This document shows, piece by piece, positions 26,401 to 36,755 of a stretch of DNA of 64,000 bases (position 1 is the first letter of the stretch; each line of letters starts with the position of its first letter). Below the pieces are notes generated by a model that was not told the origin of the DNA, did no database searches, and saw only the letters and a program-made list of their open reading frames with translations. Both the position numbers and the translations under genes were made by a program. Source of the DNA: Blastocladiella emersonii ATCC 22665 (Eukaryota > Fungi > Blastocladiomycota); NCBI GenBank assembly GCA_025594325.1, contig JANHCV010000007.1:1-64000 (forward strand), read 5' to 3'.

Positions 26401-29400
26401 ATGGAAGTATAGTAAACCAGCCACTCTGGCAATTGTCATGGTACTCAAACAAAACCATACTCAACTCTATGACTTCCCACATGTCCAGCAGGTTGGACAC
26501 CCACAAATCACAGTATCAAACCAACAAAATATCTGACCACAGGAGTATATATAACCGACCACGTAGGTAATTGTCTTGATACTCAAACAAAACCATATTC
26601 AAATCTTTCACTTCCCGCTTGTCCAGCTAGCCAGGGACCCATGAATCACAGTATCACAGCAACACAATATCTGACCAAAGAAATATCGTAAACCAGCCAC
26701 GTAGATAATTGTCATGGTACTCAAACAAAACCATACTCAAATCTTCGAGCGCCCCATGTCCAGGTGGGCAAGGGCCTATAAATCACAGTATTGAACCAAG
26801 GAAATACCTGACTGACGATCGGGATGTATCAAACCTGCCACGCTGATAATTGTCATGGTACTCAAACATAACCATACTCAGCCAAATCTTCGCATACCCT
26901 CACGTCCAGGTGGGCAAGGAACCAAAGCGCCAGATATTCAAATCTACCGCTTTGTGCACACTCCACTAGCCAACTCTTCGATCCCCTAATTATGGAGCCC
27001 GTCGTCAAAGTACACGGTCCAATCAACCAAGTAAACAGCCAACCTGCCAACTTGCCTACCTGCTATCCGAACACCCACACCGCCTTGCAAGTCATTGGGG
27101 GCCCGCGCTCTCTGGTTGCCGTCCCGGCCAACAAAGGAAGGAATGATGAGCCCTGGCAGCCTGGCAGCCTGCCACTCTGACAGCTCGACTGACAGCGCCC
27201 ACCCAGTAGATATTATCTATCTCGTAGGTAGTCTGCGAGGACTTTGTTAGTCAATACACGACCAGTCTCCTCCTGGCTGCCGGCTCTGCTGTCCACTCCA
27301 AGTCCTGCATGATGATGGGCCATGGAGGGTTCAGAGCAGCTCCTCTGTCTATCCGCGTGAAACCACTCACCCGCTGACGGATGTACACCGCGCACCGTGC
27401 AGCGCGCACAGCACACAGCGCCCGACGCACCACGCGGTGCGCACAAGGCGCAAACGGCCACCCTGGTGTCACACACACTCGCATGAACGGCAGGCATGCA
27501 AGGCGTCCCCAACTCAACAATGATTTATCATCCAGGCTTACTACTCGCTCCAACGGGTGCGCCTGCCTGCCCTCCCAGTGCCGTTGATTGATTGATGGAT
27601 GGGTGCGCCAGCCCCTATTGCCAGCCAAGTGGCAAGCAACACCACAGCACCTGCGTCGCCCTGGCCACCGTACCTTGCAAACTGCGTAGCAGCCGTACTG
27701 CTTCACAGGGCTGCAGAGGGCTGGCTGCGGAGGGCTGAGGCGGCAGGGCTCCTCCTGCAGGAAGGAGACAGTGCTGGCGCCAAGGAGTGCTAGGGACGAC
27801 AAACTGAATGGTGAATGACCCACACACCACATGCTCCTGGCAGGAGTGCGTGTGGGCGTGCGGGCTTGTGTCCGTGCGTGCCTGTGTCCGTGCGTGCCTG
27901 GATTAGACCTCCATCACAAGCGCCAAGTGACCAAGTGACCAAGTGACCAAGTGACCAAGTGACCAAGTGACCAAGGTGACCAAGTGACCAAGGTGACACA
28001 CAAGCACCAAGCTAGGGTGGCCGGGCGGCCATGGAACGTACTGCATGGGTACCATTACCGTGGACTGGCCGCGGCCATTAATCGCAGCACAGCCCTGCCT
28101 GGCTCAGGACGCGGCGGGCGTGGGAGGCGGGTTGGGTAGATAGGTAGCAGCAGCAGCACCTGGCTAGCTGGCTGTCAAACAACACGAGTGAAGGGGTGCG
28201 TGAGGGAGGGTGTGTTGAATGAATGGATGGGTGGATGCAAGCAGACCTTCATACGTGTCGTGCGTGATGAGGATTGGTTGGCCACCATCCACCAACGCCA
28301 TGGCATGGCTGCGGGTGTCGCTGCGTGCGCCTTGGCGGGTGGTGTTGGTGGGTGGTGTTGGTGGTGGGTGCTGTGGTGGTAGTGGAGCTAAAGTGGTGTC
28401 GTGGGGCTCTTGGGGTCCCCTTTCCTTCCTGTCTGGCCTAGGTGGGTGGGTGGGTGGGTGGGCGGACGTAGCGCGCATGCGGGCGGGCAAGGTAGGAACG
28501 TTGCTCACGCAATGGATCATGTATTTCATGGAACGTAGTCTGGACAGCAGCAGAGAGGGGGATGTCCGGCCCAACCGGACCCTCCACGAATCACAATATG
28601 CACGCAATGAATTGACCGATGATAGGGCCGTACCAAACCAGCCACGTAGACAATTGTCATGGTAGTCGAACAAAACCATATTCAAATCTTTGACTACACG
28701 CTTGTCCAGCTAGCCAGGGACCCATAAATCACAGTATCGACCCAACTAAATATTTGACAACAGAAAAATAGTAAACCAACCTCGTACATAATTGTCATGG
28801 TACTCAAACAAAACCATATTCAAAACCTTGACTTCCCGCATGTCCAGCTGGCCAGGGACCCACAAATCACAGTATCGAACCAACAAAGTATCTGACAACA
28901 GAAATATGGTAAAACAGCCACGCGGATAATTGTCATGGTACTCAAACGAAACCATAGTCAAGTCTTTGACTATTCACATGTCCAGCTGGTTGAGGACCCA
29001 TAAATCGTAACGTCAAAGCAACAATATTTCCGACCATGGAAGTATAGTAAACCAGCCACTCTGGCAATTGTCATGGTACTCAAACAAAACCATACTCAAC
29101 TCTATGACTTCCCACATGTCCAGCAGGTTGGACACCCACAAATCACAGTATCAAACCAACAAAATATCTGACCACAGGAGTATATATAACCGACCACGTA
29201 GGTAATTGTCTTGATACTCAAACAAAACCATATTCAAATCTTTCACTTCCCGCTTGTCCAGCTAGCCAGGGACCCATGAATCACAGTATCACAGCAACAC
29301 AATATCTGACCAAAGAAATATCGTAAACCAGCCACGTAGATAATTGTCATGGTACTCAAACAAAACCATACTCAAATCTTCGAGCGCCCCATGTCCAGGT

Positions 29401-30633
29401 GGGCAAGGGCCTATAAATCACAGTATTGAACCAAGGAAATACCTGACTGACGATCGGGATGTATCAAACCTGCCACGCTGATAATTGTCATGGTACTCAA
29501 ACATAACCATACTCAGCCAAATCTTCGCATACCCTCACGTCCAGGTGGGCAAGGAACCAAAGCGCCAGATATTCAAATCTACCGCTTTGTGCACACTCCA
29601 CTAGCCAACTCTTCGATCCCCTAATTATGGAGCCCGTCGTCAAAGTACACGGTCCAATCAACCAAGTAAACAGCCAACCTGCCAACTTGCCTACCTGCTA
29701 TCCGAACACCCACACCGCCTTGCAAGTCATTGGGGGCCCGCGCTCTCTGGTTGCCGTCCCGGCCAACAAAGGAAGGAATGATGAGCCCTGGCAGCCTGGC
29801 AGCCTGCCACTCTGACAGCTCGACTGACAGCGCCCACCCAGTAGATATTATCTATCTCGTAGGTAGTCTGCGAGGACTTTGTTAGTCAATACACGACCAG
29901 TCTCCTCCTGGCTGCCGGCTCTGCTGTCCACTCCAAGTCCTGCATGATGATGGGCCATGGAGGGTTCAGAGCAGCTCCTCTGTCTATCCGCGTGAAACCA
30001 CTCACCCGCTGACGGATGTACACCGCGCACCGTGCAGCGCGCACAGCACACAGCGCCCGACGCACCACGCGGTGCGCACAAGGCGCAAACGGCCACCCTG
30101 GTGTCACACACACTCGCATGAACGGCAGGCATGCAAGGCGTCCCCAACTCAACAATGATTTATCATCCAGGCTTACTACTCGCTCCAACGGGTGCGCCTG
30201 CCTGCCCTCCCAGTGCCGTTGATTGATTGATGGATGGGTGCGCCAGCCCCTATTGCCAGCCAAGTGGCAAGCAACACCACAGCACCTGCGTCGCCCTGGC
30301 CACCGTACCTTGCAAACTGCGTAGCAGCCGTACTGCTTCACAGGGCTGCAGAGGGCTGGCTGCGGAGGGCTGAGGCGGCAGGGCTCCTCCTGCAGGAAGG
30401 AGACAGTGCTGGCGCCAAGGAGTGCTAGGGACGACAAACTGAATGGTGAATGACCCACACACCACATGCTCCTGGCAGGAGTGCGTGTGGGCGTGCGGGC
30501 TTGTGTCCGTGCGTGCCTGTGTCCGTGCGTGCCTGGATTAGACCTCCATCACAAGCGCCAAGTGACCAAGTGACCAAGTGACCAAGTGACCAAGTGACCA
30601 AGTGACCAAGGTGACCAAGTGACCAAGGTGACA
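17467..30633. repeat. Units 7-11, short type S2 (2635, 2635, 2627, 2635, 2635 bp)
   Basis: Monomer 2 is followed directly by monomer 6 (CCACGCGGAT-AATTGTCATGGTACTCAA-ACGAAACC, junction about 18396-18413), so monomers 3-5 are lost. Confidence 0.92.
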
Positions 30634-32677
30634 CACAAGCACCAAGCTAGGGTGGCCGGGCGGCCATGGAACGTACTGCATGGGTACCATTACCGTGGAC
30701 TGGCCGCGGCCATTAATCGCAGCACAGCCCTGCCTGGCTCAGGACGCGGCGGGCGTGGGAGGCGGGTTGGGTAGATAGGTAGCAGCAGCAGCACCTGGCT
30801 AGCTGGCTGTCAAACAACACGAGTGAAGGGGTGCGTGAGGGAGGGTGTGTTGAATGAATGGATGGGTGGATGCAAGCAGACCTTCATACGTGTCGTGCGT
30901 GATGAGGATTGGTTGGCCACCATCCACCAACGCCATGGCATGGCTGCGGGTGTCGCTGCGTGCGCCTTGGCGGGTGGTGTTGGTGGGTGGTGTTGGTGGT
31001 GGGTGCTGTGGTGGTAGTGGAGCTAAAGTGGTGTCGTGGGGCTCTTGGGGTCCCCTTTCCTTCCTGTCTGGCCTAGGTGGGTGGGTGGGTGGGTGGGCGG
31101 ACGTAGCGCGCATGCGGGCGGGCAAGGTAGGAACGTTGCTCACGCAATGGATCATGTATTTCATGGAACGTAGTCTGGACAGCAGCAGAGAGGGGGATGT
31201 CCGGCCCAACCGGACCCTCCACGAATCACAATATGCACGCAATGAATTGACCGATGATAGGGCCGTACCAAACCAGCCACGTAGACAATTGTCATGGTAG
31301 TCGAACAAAACCATATTCAAATCTTTGACTACACGCTTGTCCAGCTAGCCAGGGACCCATAAATCACAGTATCGACCCAACTAAATATTTGACAACAGAA
31401 AAATAGTAAACCAACCTCGTACATAATTGTCATGGTACTCAAACAAAACCATATTCAAAACCTTGACTTCCCGCATGTCCAGCTGGCCAGGGACCCACAA
31501 ATCACAGTATCGAACCAACAAAGTATCTGACAACAGAAATATGGTAAAACAGCCACGCGGATAATTGTCATGGTACTCAATCAAAACCATATGTTAATCT
31601 TTGCTTTCCTGCATGTCCAGCTGGCCAGGGACCCAAAAGTCCCAGTATCGAACCAACAAAGTATCTGACAACAGAAATATAGTAAACGATCCACGCAGAT
31701 CATTGTCGTGGTACTTAATCAAAACCATATTCTAATCTTTGCTTTCCCGCATGTCAAGCTGGTTGAGGACCCATAAATCGTAAAGTCGAACCAAAAAAAT
31801 ATCTGGCCATAGAAATATAGTAGACCAGCCACTCTGGCAATTGTCATGGTACTCAAACAAAACCATATTCAAATCTTTGACCTCCCGCATGCCCATGTGG
31901 GCAAGGACCTATAGATCAGAGTATCGTACCAAGAAAATATCTGACCATGGAAATATAGTATACCAGCCACGTAGGTAATTGTCATGGCACTCAAACGAAA
32001 CCATAGTCAAGTCTTTGACTATTCACATGTCCAGCTGGTTGAGGACCCATAAATCGTAACGTCAAAGCAACAATATTTCCGACCATGGAAGTATAGTAAA
32101 CCAGCCACTCTGGCAATTGTCATGGTACTCAAACAAAACCATACTCAACTCTATGACTTCCCACATGTCCAGCAGGTTGGACACCCACAAATCACAGTAT
32201 CAAACCAACAAAATATCTGACCACAGGAGTATATATAACCGACCACGTAGGTAATTGTCTTGATACTCAAACAAAACCATATTCAAATCTTTCACCTCCC
32301 GCTTGTCCAGCTAGCCAGGGACCCATAAATCACAGTATCACAGCAACACAATATCTGACCAAAGAAATATCGTAAACCAGCCACGTAGATAATTGTCATG
32401 GTACTCAAACAAAACCATACTCAAATCTTCGAGCGCCCCATGTCCAGGTGGGCAAGGGCCTATAAATCACAGTATTGAACCAAGGAAATACCTGACTGAC
32501 GATCGGGATGTATCAAACCTGCCACGCTGATAATTGTCATGGTACTCAAACATAACCATACTCAGCCAAATCTTCGCATACCCTCACGTCCAGGTGGGCA
32601 AGGAACCAAAGCGCCAGATATTCAAATCTACCGCTTTGTGCACACTCCACTAGCCAACTCTTCGATTCCCTAATTAT
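30634..32677. repeat. Unit 12, long type, truncated at unit position 2044 by the retroelement
   Basis: Full monomer block, then TTCGATTCCCTAATTAT joined to non-array sequence CGTCTTTT instead of GGAGCCCG. Confidence 0.93.
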
Positions 32678-32686
32678 CGTCTTTTA

Positions 32687-32716
32687 TTTTGGAACCTTTG
32701 ATTTATCCCTTCACAG
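32687..32716. repeat. Left copy of a 30-bp imperfect direct repeat flanking the LINE
   Basis: TTTTGGAACCTTTGATTTATCCCTTCACAG, 27/30 identical to 36689-36718. Confidence 0.9.
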
Positions 32717-33034
32717 CGGTTGTAACCTGCAAGCAGAGTATCCACTGTACGACAGGCCCCGGCCTTTTCTGGCAGAGCTGCAATGCAGCAAGGCCTGGAC
32801 CACCCACGTCGAGGAGCAAAGGGGAAGAAGTGAGGGAGGGAGGGAAGATAGGACAAACGGACGGAGCAAAGCAGTCCAGTAGCGTCAAACGAGCAGTAGC
32901 GAGAGAGGGAGCGAATGAACAATAATCGAGACCGAGCAGGGCGACATGCTGGGCTGGCCAGCGAGAGAGCGAGGGCACGCCGGAAAGCCAGTAGCAGTAC
33001 TGTGGCTTTGGCCGTGGCCCGAGAGGAATTCCAG

Positions 33035-33100
33035 GTTTTCTTTTTCTTCTCCTGTTTTGTCTTTTCTTTTCTTTTCTTTTCTTTTCGTTTCTTTTCTTTT
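33035..33100 (-). repeat. (AAAAG)n A-rich tract downstream of the LINE stop codon
   Basis: The plus strand shows TTTTC repeats about 60-125 nt past the stop at 33162. Confidence 0.85.
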
Positions 33101-33161
33101 GTGTCAATCCATGCACCGATGGGCATGATTCAGCGACGACCACGCGGTTCCTTCGGACTTG

Positions 33162-36100
33162 TCACTTCAGGATGTGCCTTGGGGAGCCGAGCAGCCAAAG
33201 ACGGACGGAGGGATCTGCAGCAAGAGCCGCCTGGGCCACAGTGGTGGACGGGCACACGGGCGGGTCTTCTTCACGCCCAGAGGGGTTGGGGGCGTGGGAG
33301 TGCATCGAGTGCAAGCACCGCGTGCAGTAGTGGTGTTTGTTGATGAACTTGAGGGCGGCCCTGTGTTGGCCAAATGGACGTCGGACGCGTGCGCTCGCCT
33401 CGCGGGGCGGCACGTCGGAAAAGTTGAGCGGGTCGACCTCGGCGCACCCAGCGGCATGGGGGAGCCAGCCGAGTCGCCAGAGGGAGCGCGAGGCCACGGA
33501 GGTGATGGCCGCGAGGACGGGCCAGGTGAGGGCGCGGTCGAGTTGGAGGGCCCGCGAGCCGAAGGACACGTCGCGAACGCGTAGAGCGCAGCCGGCGAGG
33601 CGGGAGAGGGCGTCAGGGTCGAGCCAGATGGAGGCCGCGAGTCGAGTGCCAAAGTTGTGTAGGGCGTCGGTTGCGCCAGCAATGGGTTCGCCGACCATGG
33701 TGTAGCCGGGCGTGCTGAGGTCCTCGCCTTGGACAGGAGAGAGAGGCGGTGGTGGTGCAGGTGGAGGTGGAGGTGGAGTGGGCGCATTCGGTGCTCGTTC
33801 AGCGGAGGCGGCGGCGGCGGCAACAGAGGCAGCGGCGCGGCGAGCATAGCGCTCAATGGACTTTTGGGCAGAGCCCAGCGCGGCGGACACGGCCGCGGCG
33901 TTACGGGTGCAGATCATCCAGTGGCTTCCGTCGTCAATAGCTACTTGGCACCTAGGACACACCGGTGAAGTGACTAGAGTAGGATGGCGGGCGTGCAGTA
34001 GTGAGCGAGTGGGTGTGATCCCAAGGAGGTGGCGAACGCGATAGACGATGTCGCGGTTCGCAGCGCTGGAGGTGCGCTTATCGAGCGGGCGGGAGCCGGA
34101 GCCAATGGCCAGTGAGGTCGCAAGCATGTCAGGGTGCTCATCGGGGTCAGGGGAGGTGTGGAGGGAGGAGAGGAGGGCGGACTTGGAGCGCAGGGTCGCA
34201 TCGCAGCGTGCAGTGGACAGGAACTTGAGGAACGCGGTGGAGGGAATCGGAACAGGAACGTCATCAAAGTGCAACACATGCTGAACATCTAACCGGATCT
34301 GTTTGGCGAAGGGGGGAGCGAGGACGAGCTCTTGGGCCAGATTGACCCTGTCAGCGGCGAGCCCGTCAGCGATCTCGTTCCCCTCAACGCCGGCGTGCCC
34401 GCGGACCCAGAAGACTGTGAAGGTCACGCGGCGGGCACGCGCGGCTGCCACTGCAAACGACCATGCGTCGGTAGAACTGAGGGAAGAAGGAAAGCCAGAA
34501 TCAGACGAGGAGGAGGAAAGGAACGATAGGACGCGGATGGCCGATGCAATTGCAGCCTGGGAGTCAGAGTAGATGTGGATCCGCAAGCGCTGTGGTGCCG
34601 CGGCGACCGCAAGCGCGATCGCCCACGCCTCGGCTCGCGTAGAAGAAGCTACGCCAGGCGAGACGCGCGCTGACAGACGGACACCAAGCGTCGGGAACCA
34701 CACGCCCGCTCCAAGGCGGGACGACCCGACCCCGTCCGCAGCTGGCACCATGGAGCCGTCCGTGTAGACAGGCACCAGTGCAGGATCGAGGTCGAGCGGG
34801 CCCGCCTGAGCCGGGACTTGTGTCACGTGAAGACCTGCGGTGAAGGCCTCGCGGATGTTGATGGGTGGGGCAACTTGGTCGTCAACACTGAGTGGGTAAG
34901 GCTCGCGGGTGCGAAAGGCTGCACACGGGCCCCACTGTGGATGGGCATGAGGGTCGGCGAGATAGGCCTGGAGCAAGCAGGTCGCGAGATTGATGAACTG
35001 GGTTCGCTCAGGGACTTGCACAAAACACCTGGTCGCTGGGTTGAAGCGGCCCGAGAGCAATTCCTCAGCGCACTGTGAGTTGATGCCATCTGCAATCTTG
35101 CCATGCTGAGTAAGCTGCGAGACGTTCGAGATGAAGTAGCCCCGCATGGCGCGGCGGACAGTGGGAGGGATCTGCCCCCAGGGCACCAGCTGGCGAATCG
35201 GCAAGTCCGTGGCGGGGTTGCCGATCGTATACTCGCCGCTAAGATCGGCAATCGAGAGGCGCCGGACGCGCATGAGTTCGAGCAAGCCGCCAAAGTAACA
35301 TGGAATCTCCGCAGTCGGCTCGCTGGTTGGGGCGGCAAGCGGCGAGTAAGGGACCGTGAGATACGTCTGCAAAGCTGAGAGCGAGCAGCGGACTGCCGTG
35401 CGGATCATGATATCGCAGTGGTTGAGAGAAGAGATGACCGCCTTCATGTGGTACCGGGTGACCTGCTCCTCGATGGACGCAAGCGCGAGGATCGCGGGAT
35501 GGTGGAGCGCTGACGCGTGGAAGGTGCTCGCGACATGCAGCTTCTTGCGAATGAGAGCACGCGCGGACGCGTCCCACTTCTGCAAGCGGCGGAGCTTGGG
35601 CACAAAGTTGCGAGAGCGGTACACCATGGCAGGCCGGACGACCGCGTTGAGCACGTACACGGCCATCTTGGCGGTGATCTTCTTGTTTCGCAGCGAGAGC
35701 ATCGCGCGCCCAAACGTCTCCTCCATCGCCTGTACGTCGGGGCCACCCGTGCCCGTCGCGTTGAGGAAGACGCCCAGGTAGCGAAACGCTCCATCGCTCG
35801 AAATCCTTGGCACCTCGACGTCGTTGGACTTGATCAGCGGCTCCCGTTTAGAGTTGATTGACAGCACGGCGCCCTTGGCGGCATTGGAGCGAATGCCGGA
35901 GGCCGCGTTGAACGAGTCGACGCGTGCCACGGTGCGGTGGAGCCCGCCTGGCGTGCACGCGAAGAAGGCCGCGTCGTCCACGAACGACAGGTTGTTGAGC
36001 TTGACGGGTGGGCGGTGCTTGGTGCCAGGGAAGAGTCGTCTCGGCGGGGTGTAACCAGGCCGAGTGTGCGCGGACTTGAAGGAACCGCCGCGACCTGCAT

Positions 36101-36686
36101 ACGGGAGGAGACGGAAAGCGTCATCTGCGCCTTTCGAAATATCGTTACAAAGGAGGGGATCGTAGACACAGGACCACATTAGCGGAGACTCAACGGCGCC
36201 CTGGGGCACGCCGCGGAGACCCGGGATCGGTTCGGTGAGCCCATACGCGGTGATCACGCGCGATGTGCGACCCTCAAGGAACTGCATGCAGTACAACTGA
36301 ATGAACGGCTCAGGCAGGCGGATGCGGCGCAGGGCCAGCCGCAGGATCGAGTGCGGGACCGTGTCGAACGCCTTGCTCTTGTCCTCAAAGTACACGTACA
36401 TGGCCTTGTCCGAGTCGCGGGCATGGTCAATGGCGGACGAGAGGAGCTGGATAGGGACGGCCATATCTGTCCCAGGCAGGACAGAGTACTTTGCGCCGCG
36501 CAGCACGTCGTGCTGAACGAGGACGGGCATCATGCGCGACACGAGGATCTTCATAAACAGCTTCGACGCGGTCTCCATGAGCGTAATGGGCCGGATCGCC
36601 GCAGCGGTGCCCGCGTACCCCGCGTCGGACTTCAGGATCTGGTAGATGGAGCCCTCGCGCCACTGAGCGGGAGCGACGCCCGTGCT
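33162..36686 (-). CDS. RT-RNase H polyprotein, N-terminally truncated but uninterrupted
   Basis: The 1138-aa ORF from Met 36578 stays open 36 codons further upstream (STGVAPAQWREGSIYQILKSDAGYAGTAAAIRPITL) up to the T7 run at 36686-36692. Confidence 0.88.
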   Translation of the reverse strand, partial: STGVAPAQWREGSIYQILKSDAGYAGTAAAIRPITLMETASKLFMKILVSRMMPVLVQHDVLRGAKYSVLPGTDMAVPIQLLSSAIDHARDSDKAMYVYFEDKSKAFDTVPHSILRLALRRIRLPEPFIQLYCMQFLEGRTSRVITAYGLTEPIPGLRGVPQGAVESPLMWSCVYDPLLCNDISKGADDAFRLLPYAGRGGSFKSAHTRPGYTPPRRLFPGTKHRPPVKLNNLSFVDDAAFFACTPGGLHRTVARVDSFNAASGIRSNAAKGAVLSINSKREPLIKSNDVEVPRISSDGAFRYLGVFLNATGTGGPDVQAMEETFGRAMLSLRNKKITAKMAVYVLNAVVRPAMVYRSRNFVPKLRRLQKWDASARALIRKKLHVASTFHASALHHPAILALASIEEQVTRYHMKAVISSLNHCDIMIRTAVRCSLSALQTYLTVPYSPLAAPTSEPTAEIPCYFGGLLELMRVRRLSIADLSGEYTIGNPATDLPIRQLVPWGQIPPTVRRAMRGYFISNVSQLTQHGKIADGINSQCAEELLSGRFNPATRCFVQVPERTQFINLATCLLQAYLADPHAHPQWGPCAAFRTREPYPLSVDDQVAPPINIREAFTAGLHVTQVPAQAGPLDLDPALVPVYTDGSMVPAADGVGSSRLGAGVWFPTLGVRLSARVSPGVASSTRAEAWAIALAVAAAPQRLRIHIYSDSQAAIASAIRVLSFLSSSSSDSGFPSSLSSTDAWSFAVAAARARRVTFTVFWVRGHAGVEGNEIADGLAADRVNLAQELVLAPPFAKQIRLDVQHVLHFDDVPVPIPSTAFLKFLSTARCDATLRSKSALLSSLHTSPDPDEHPDMLATSLAIGSGSRPLDKRTSSAANRDIVYRVRHLLGITPTRSLLHARHPTLVTSPVCPRCQVAIDDGSHWMICTRNAAAVSAALGSAQKSIERYARRAAASVAAAAASAERAPNAPTPPPPPPAPPPPLSPVQGEDLSTPGYTMVGEPIAGATDALHNFGTRLAASIWLDPDALSRLAGCALRVRDVSFGSRALQLDRALTWPVLAAITSVASRSLWRLGWLPHAAGCAEVDPLNFSDVPPREASARVRRPFGQHRAALKFINKHHYCTRCLHSMHSHAPNPSGREEDPPVCPSTTVAQAALAADPSVRLWLLGSPRHILK

Positions 36687-36688
36687 TT

Positions 36689-36718
36689 TTTTGTAACCTT
36701 TGATTTATTCCTTAACAG
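36689..36718. repeat. Right copy of the 30-bp imperfect direct repeat
   Basis: TTTTGTAACCTTTGATTTATTCCTTAACAG. Confidence 0.9.
36704..36709 (-). terminator. Probable AATAAA polyadenylation signal of the homeobox gene
   Basis: On the minus strand AATAAA lies about 47 nt after the predicted stop and is followed 11 nt later by an A7 run. Confidence 0.5.
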
Positions 36719-36755
36719 TCTTACGTAAGGTTCGCCGGCTAGCCGTTGGCGTGGG

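Larger units (their letters stand above)
1..32677. repeat. Higher-order tandem array (macrosatellite), 11 full units + 1 truncated unit, open at the left window edge
   Basis: The same ORF set recurs with spacings 3049, 2635, 3049, 2635, 3049, 3049, 2635, 2635, 2627, 2635, 2635. Unit starts (CACAAGCACC) are at 1, 3050, 5685, 8734, 11369, 14418, 17467, 20102, 22737, 25364, 27999 and 30634. Homology stops after CCCTAATTAT at 32677. Confidence 0.98.
32678..36686 (-). mobile_element. 5'-truncated non-LTR (LINE-like) retrotransposon with RT and RNase H
   Basis: Non-LTR RT motifs (W..GSIYQILK..RPITL, EDKSKAFDTVPH, GVPQGAVESP, SFVDD, FRYLG). RNase H with D/E/D/D residues (YTDGS, RAEAW, YSDSQ, GNEIADGLA). 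CPRC..SHWMIC zinc motif. No endonuclease or ORF1 is present. The exact 3' boundary is uncertain (32678-33035). Confidence 0.92.

Noticed and set aside
1-32677. rDNA, 5S, snRNA or SL-RNA gene array
   Set aside because: No recognisable rRNA, 5S or U1/U2/U6 sequence and no consistent Sm site plus splice donor. An Infernal/Rfam scan would be needed to exclude a divergent RNA completely.
32678-36718. LTR or DIRS/Ngaro element (RT + RNase H with terminal repeats)
   Set aside because: The RT motifs (KAFDTV, GVPQG, FVDD) are non-LTR type, there is no integrase, protease or tyrosine recombinase, and the terminal repeat is only 30 bp.
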